From assembly GCA_002478275.1 (NCBI GenBank), contig DLMY01000009.1, forward strand, positions 3,161 through 67,160: a stretch of DNA of 64,000 nucleotides, given 5' to 3'. Each line of letters begins with the position of its first letter. Within the stretch, counting starts at the first letter, position 1. Below are positions 61,159 through 64,000 of this stretch, in pieces. This DNA comes from Actinobacteria bacterium UBA7524 (GTDB taxonomy: Bacteria; Actinomycetota; Coriobacteriia; Anaerosomatales; UBA912). Position numbers and translations under genes: made by a program. The notes below the pieces were generated by a model. That model ran no database searches, was not told the origin of the DNA, and saw nothing but the letters and a program-made list of their open reading frames with translations.

Positions 61159-62172
61159 TCATTCGACCATGCTCAGTGAGCCTCCGCACCGGGCACAGGT
61201 CCCATCGCGTGTGTGCCTTCCGATTATCGTATACCCGGAACGCCTCACCGCGACCGCTCCGCAGGAAGGACAGGTCGTGTCTTCACCTCCGGGCTCGTCC
61301 ACATTGCCGAGGTAGACGTAGTCCAGGCCCGCCTGCTCCCCGATCGCCTTGGCCCGGCGCAGGGTCTCTATGGGGGTGGGCTCGAGGTCCGCGAACTCGA
61401 GATAGGGGAAGAAGCGCGTGATGTGCCAGGGAGTCCCGACGCCGAGGTCCTCGGCTATCCAGGCGGCCATCGAGCGGAGTTCCTCGACGGAGTCATTGAC
61501 TGTCGGCACGATGTTGGTGACGACCTCTACGTGCATCCCGTGGCGGTGTTTCGCTCTCTCGGCGGCACGCCGCACGTGCTCGGCCCCCGAGACATGACAC
61601 AGTGTCCGGTACGTCTCTTCGGAAGCTCCCTTCAAATCCACTCGCCAGACATCTATCAGGTTCCCGAGTAGGTCCAGCCCCGCCTCGGTGATGTAGCCGT
61701 TCGTGACCATGACAGTGAACAGGCCACGCCGACGGCACTCCGCTGCGACATCGATGACGTATTCCAGCCAGATGACAGGTTCGTTGTAGGTGAACGCCAC
61801 GCCAGGGCACCGATAGCGTTGGGCCATCTCGACGACCATGACAGGTGTCAACGTGTGCAGCTGGTCCGCATCCTCCTCGGGAGTGGCTCTGCTGATGCGC
61901 CAGTTCTGGCAGTGCCCACACTTCATGCTGCAGCCGACGCTCCCGATGGATAGGACAGCTGCACCCGGGTTGAAATGGAAGACCGGCTTCTTCTCGATGG
62001 GATCGGCCGCGATCGAAGCGATGCGACCATAGGTCATGGCCGCCAGCGTGCCGTCCACGTTGCGCCGCACGCCGCAGATACCTGATGCACCCTCGCCTAT
62101 CAAGCATGCATTCGGGCACAGGCCACATCGGATGCGATCACCCTCTGGTGCCCAGAGCTGTGCCGTGTGCAT
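61159..62172 (-). CDS. amrS: AmmeMemoRadiSam system radical SAM enzyme
   Basis: CGLCPNAC..GICGVR, DPIEKKP, GCSMKCGHCQN, FTYNEP, WHITRFFP, YVYLGNV, CPSC/CARC. Confidence 0.92.
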   Translation of the reverse strand: MHTAQLWAPEGDRIRCGLCPNACLIGEGASGICGVRRNVDGTLAAMTYGRIASIAADPIEKKPVFHFNPGAAVLSIGSVGCSMKCGHCQNWRISRATPEEDADQLHTLTPVMVVEMAQRYRCPGVAFTYNEPVIWLEYVIDVAAECRRRGLFTVMVTNGYITEAGLDLLGNLIDVWRVDLKGASEETYRTLCHVSGAEHVRRAAERAKHRHGMHVEVVTNIVPTVNDSVEELRSMAAWIAEDLGVGTPWHITRFFPYLEFADLEPTPIETLRRAKAIGEQAGLDYVYLGNVDEPGGEDTTCPSCGAVAVRRSGYTIIGRHTRDGTCARCGGSLSMVE

Positions 62173-62181
62173 ACTGCCCCC

Positions 62182-63987
62182 TTATCCGGCCGACAACCTC
62201 ACCTGGTCCCGGCCGGACTCCTTGGCCACATATAGCGCCCGATCGGCGGCCTCGAGCAAGTCGAGTGGGGTGCCGTCAGGCACTCTGAGCGCTGCCACTC
62301 CTATCGAGATCGTCACGCTGATGGAAGGGGGATCCCCGTTCACGGGAACAGGCCTTCGCGCAATGGACTCCCTGAGCTTCTCGGCGACCGCGAAAGCGGC
62401 GGTCTTGTTCGTGGCAGGAAGAACAAGGGCGAATTCGTCACCACCGTACCTCACCGCGATATCAACATCGCGGACATCGGAGCACAAGGAGGTGGCGACC
62501 GATTTAAGCACGTGGTCTCCAGCGAGATGCCCGTACGTGTCGTTGACACGCTTGAAGCCATCGATGTCGATCATGAGCAGGGAGAGCGGTGTTTCGTAGC
62601 GCAACGCCCGTGCGACTTCCTCGACGATCCTGTCGTCAAATGCTCTTCGATTCCAGAGGCCCGTCAGTGCATCGAGAGTCGCTGTCCGTTCCAGTTCCTC
62701 GGCCACATTGGCGCAGCGACGGCGCTGCAACGGGAAGCACATGTCCCAGCTCGAGTTCTTGTGGTAGATGGCCACAGCGTGTGCCTCACAGGTCTGGTAT
62801 CCGCATGCCCCGCAGTCCAGCGTCTCATCACGCGTCTCGAACTCACCTTCGGCGAGGATGAGGTCGATCTCCTCGGCAGGTGGTGTTACCTGATCGACTG
62901 GGGACGCACGGAACGACCTGAGTAGCGACACCGTCGGCATATGGTCGAGTATCTCTCTGGTGGTCGCGTGCGACAGCGGCGCGGAGTCCCTCTCGGCGGC
63001 CATGATGTTGCGCTTGGCGAATACCGACATCCCGGAGTTCACGGCGGGTCCGTCGATGCAGCCCTCGCAGTTGAGCATGTCGATGACCGCCGGCGCGGTC
63101 TCCCCGTCCATTATCGCTTTGAGCAGGTCATCGAGCTGGCGAAGGCCGCGAACCTTCACCACCGTCTCGTCGATGGCCGTACGCTCGGCAAGCGTCTTGC
63201 GCGGAAAGCCGTCCGTGAGGGAGATCTCCTTGACCGGTTGCGGGCGCCTGGATCCCGCACGCGTACGACGACCGGTCTTCGGTGGCGCTCCCTGGAGCAA
63301 GCGCCCCAGTTCGGTGAAGTCTATGACGGCATCGACAGCGCCCTCGAACTGAGGGTCGAAGGCCTCGTCCTTCCTCGCGTAGCAGGGCGAGACGTAGACC
63401 ACCGCAGTACCTTCGGGATACATCGCCTTCACGAGCCTGGCCTGGGCCACATAAGGCGGAACGACCGGCACGAGTGCACTTACGAGCCGAGGATAGAAGA
63501 GCCGGACCCAGTCGACCGCGACGGGACACGTGGAGCGGAGCGACAGCGGCGCACAGGGACGTGTGTGATCTCGCTCGTAGGCGAGCGCGACGAGCTCTTC
63601 GCCGAGCAGCGTGCTCTCCACCGCGAAGAAGCCAGCGTCTTCGAGCACGCGCTCGACTTCTTCGGGGGACCGGGGATGAAGGGCCGCCACGAACTCCGTC
63701 GCGAGCACCGCGACGACGGGGCGTCCACTGACGAGCAGCTCTCGTACGCTGGCGGTATCGTCACGCACGCCATGCCCGCAATTACCGCACTCCGAGACGC
63801 AGAGGCCGCACTTCACGCAGCGTTCCTCGATGATCTCGGTCCGGTGGTCCACTACTCGGATCGCACGCGCGGGGCAGTACCTCACGCAACCCCAACACTC
63901 GCGGCACGCGTCCTCATGGTTGGTGATCAGGAATCGGTCGGGTGCAGCAGAAGCCCCTCGCACCGCGCCGTCTGCCGGGCGGGTCAT
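62182..63987 (-). CDS. [FeFe]-hydrogenase-like Fe-S sensor fused to diguanylate cyclase
   Basis: 2x[4Fe-4S] motifs, Fe_hyd_lg_C-like STCP/SPCYARKDE/MLNCEGCIDG, FeS domain DCGACGYQTC..MCFP, DALTGLWNRR, RDVD..RYGGDEF. Confidence 0.88.
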   Translation of the reverse strand: MTRPADGAVRGASAAPDRFLITNHEDACRECWGCVRYCPARAIRVVDHRTEIIEERCVKCGLCVSECGNCGHGVRDDTASVRELLVSGRPVVAVLATEFVAALHPRSPEEVERVLEDAGFFAVESTLLGEELVALAYERDHTRPCAPLSLRSTCPVAVDWVRLFYPRLVSALVPVVPPYVAQARLVKAMYPEGTAVVYVSPCYARKDEAFDPQFEGAVDAVIDFTELGRLLQGAPPKTGRRTRAGSRRPQPVKEISLTDGFPRKTLAERTAIDETVVKVRGLRQLDDLLKAIMDGETAPAVIDMLNCEGCIDGPAVNSGMSVFAKRNIMAAERDSAPLSHATTREILDHMPTVSLLRSFRASPVDQVTPPAEEIDLILAEGEFETRDETLDCGACGYQTCEAHAVAIYHKNSSWDMCFPLQRRRCANVAEELERTATLDALTGLWNRRAFDDRIVEEVARALRYETPLSLLMIDIDGFKRVNDTYGHLAGDHVLKSVATSLCSDVRDVDIAVRYGGDEFALVLPATNKTAAFAVAEKLRESIARRPVPVNGDPPSISVTISIGVAALRVPDGTPLDLLEAADRALYVAKESGRDQVRLSAG

Positions 63988-64000
63988 CTGTGAGCGATCA

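Overview
A 64 kb high-GC chromosomal window, mostly housekeeping and metabolic. Gene content (HspR-type dnaK operon, DUF6049-like gene next to trxB/trxA, sortase plus LPxTG protein, hypFCDE, leaderless starts) suggests an anaerobic actinobacterium, probably Coriobacteriia; this is inference. I saw no rRNA, tRNA, CRISPR array or mobile element. The main blocks are: MacB-type ABC and TrkH transporters; a multi-receiver phosphorelay; a sugar ABC importer; dnaK-grpE-dnaJ-hspR-orf-clpB-hsp20; a sortase/surface-protein locus with a c-di-GMP-I riboswitch; lon; a DUF6049-PIN/TPR-trxB-trxA-HEPN-hypFCDE-pgi run; and an actP/LytS-LytTR block followed by redox genes. The strongest non-obvious signals are: (1) a DsbA/FrnE-like selenoprotein (UxxC, in-frame TGA plus SECIS-like hairpin) that the ORF track truncates; (2) a membrane-spanning PIN-RNase/TPR protein directly upstream of trxB-trxA; (3) a zinc-ribbon/HEPN-like protein overlapping hypF; (4) an [FeFe]-hydrogenase-like Fe-S sensor fused to GGDEF; (5) a c-di-GMP-I riboswitch in front of a minimal HExxH secreted protein; (6) a two-CW Cys cluster inside a hybrid kinase; (7) shared LytTR-like repeats at two distant carboxylate transporter promoters. 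All family calls come from motif reading, not database searches.
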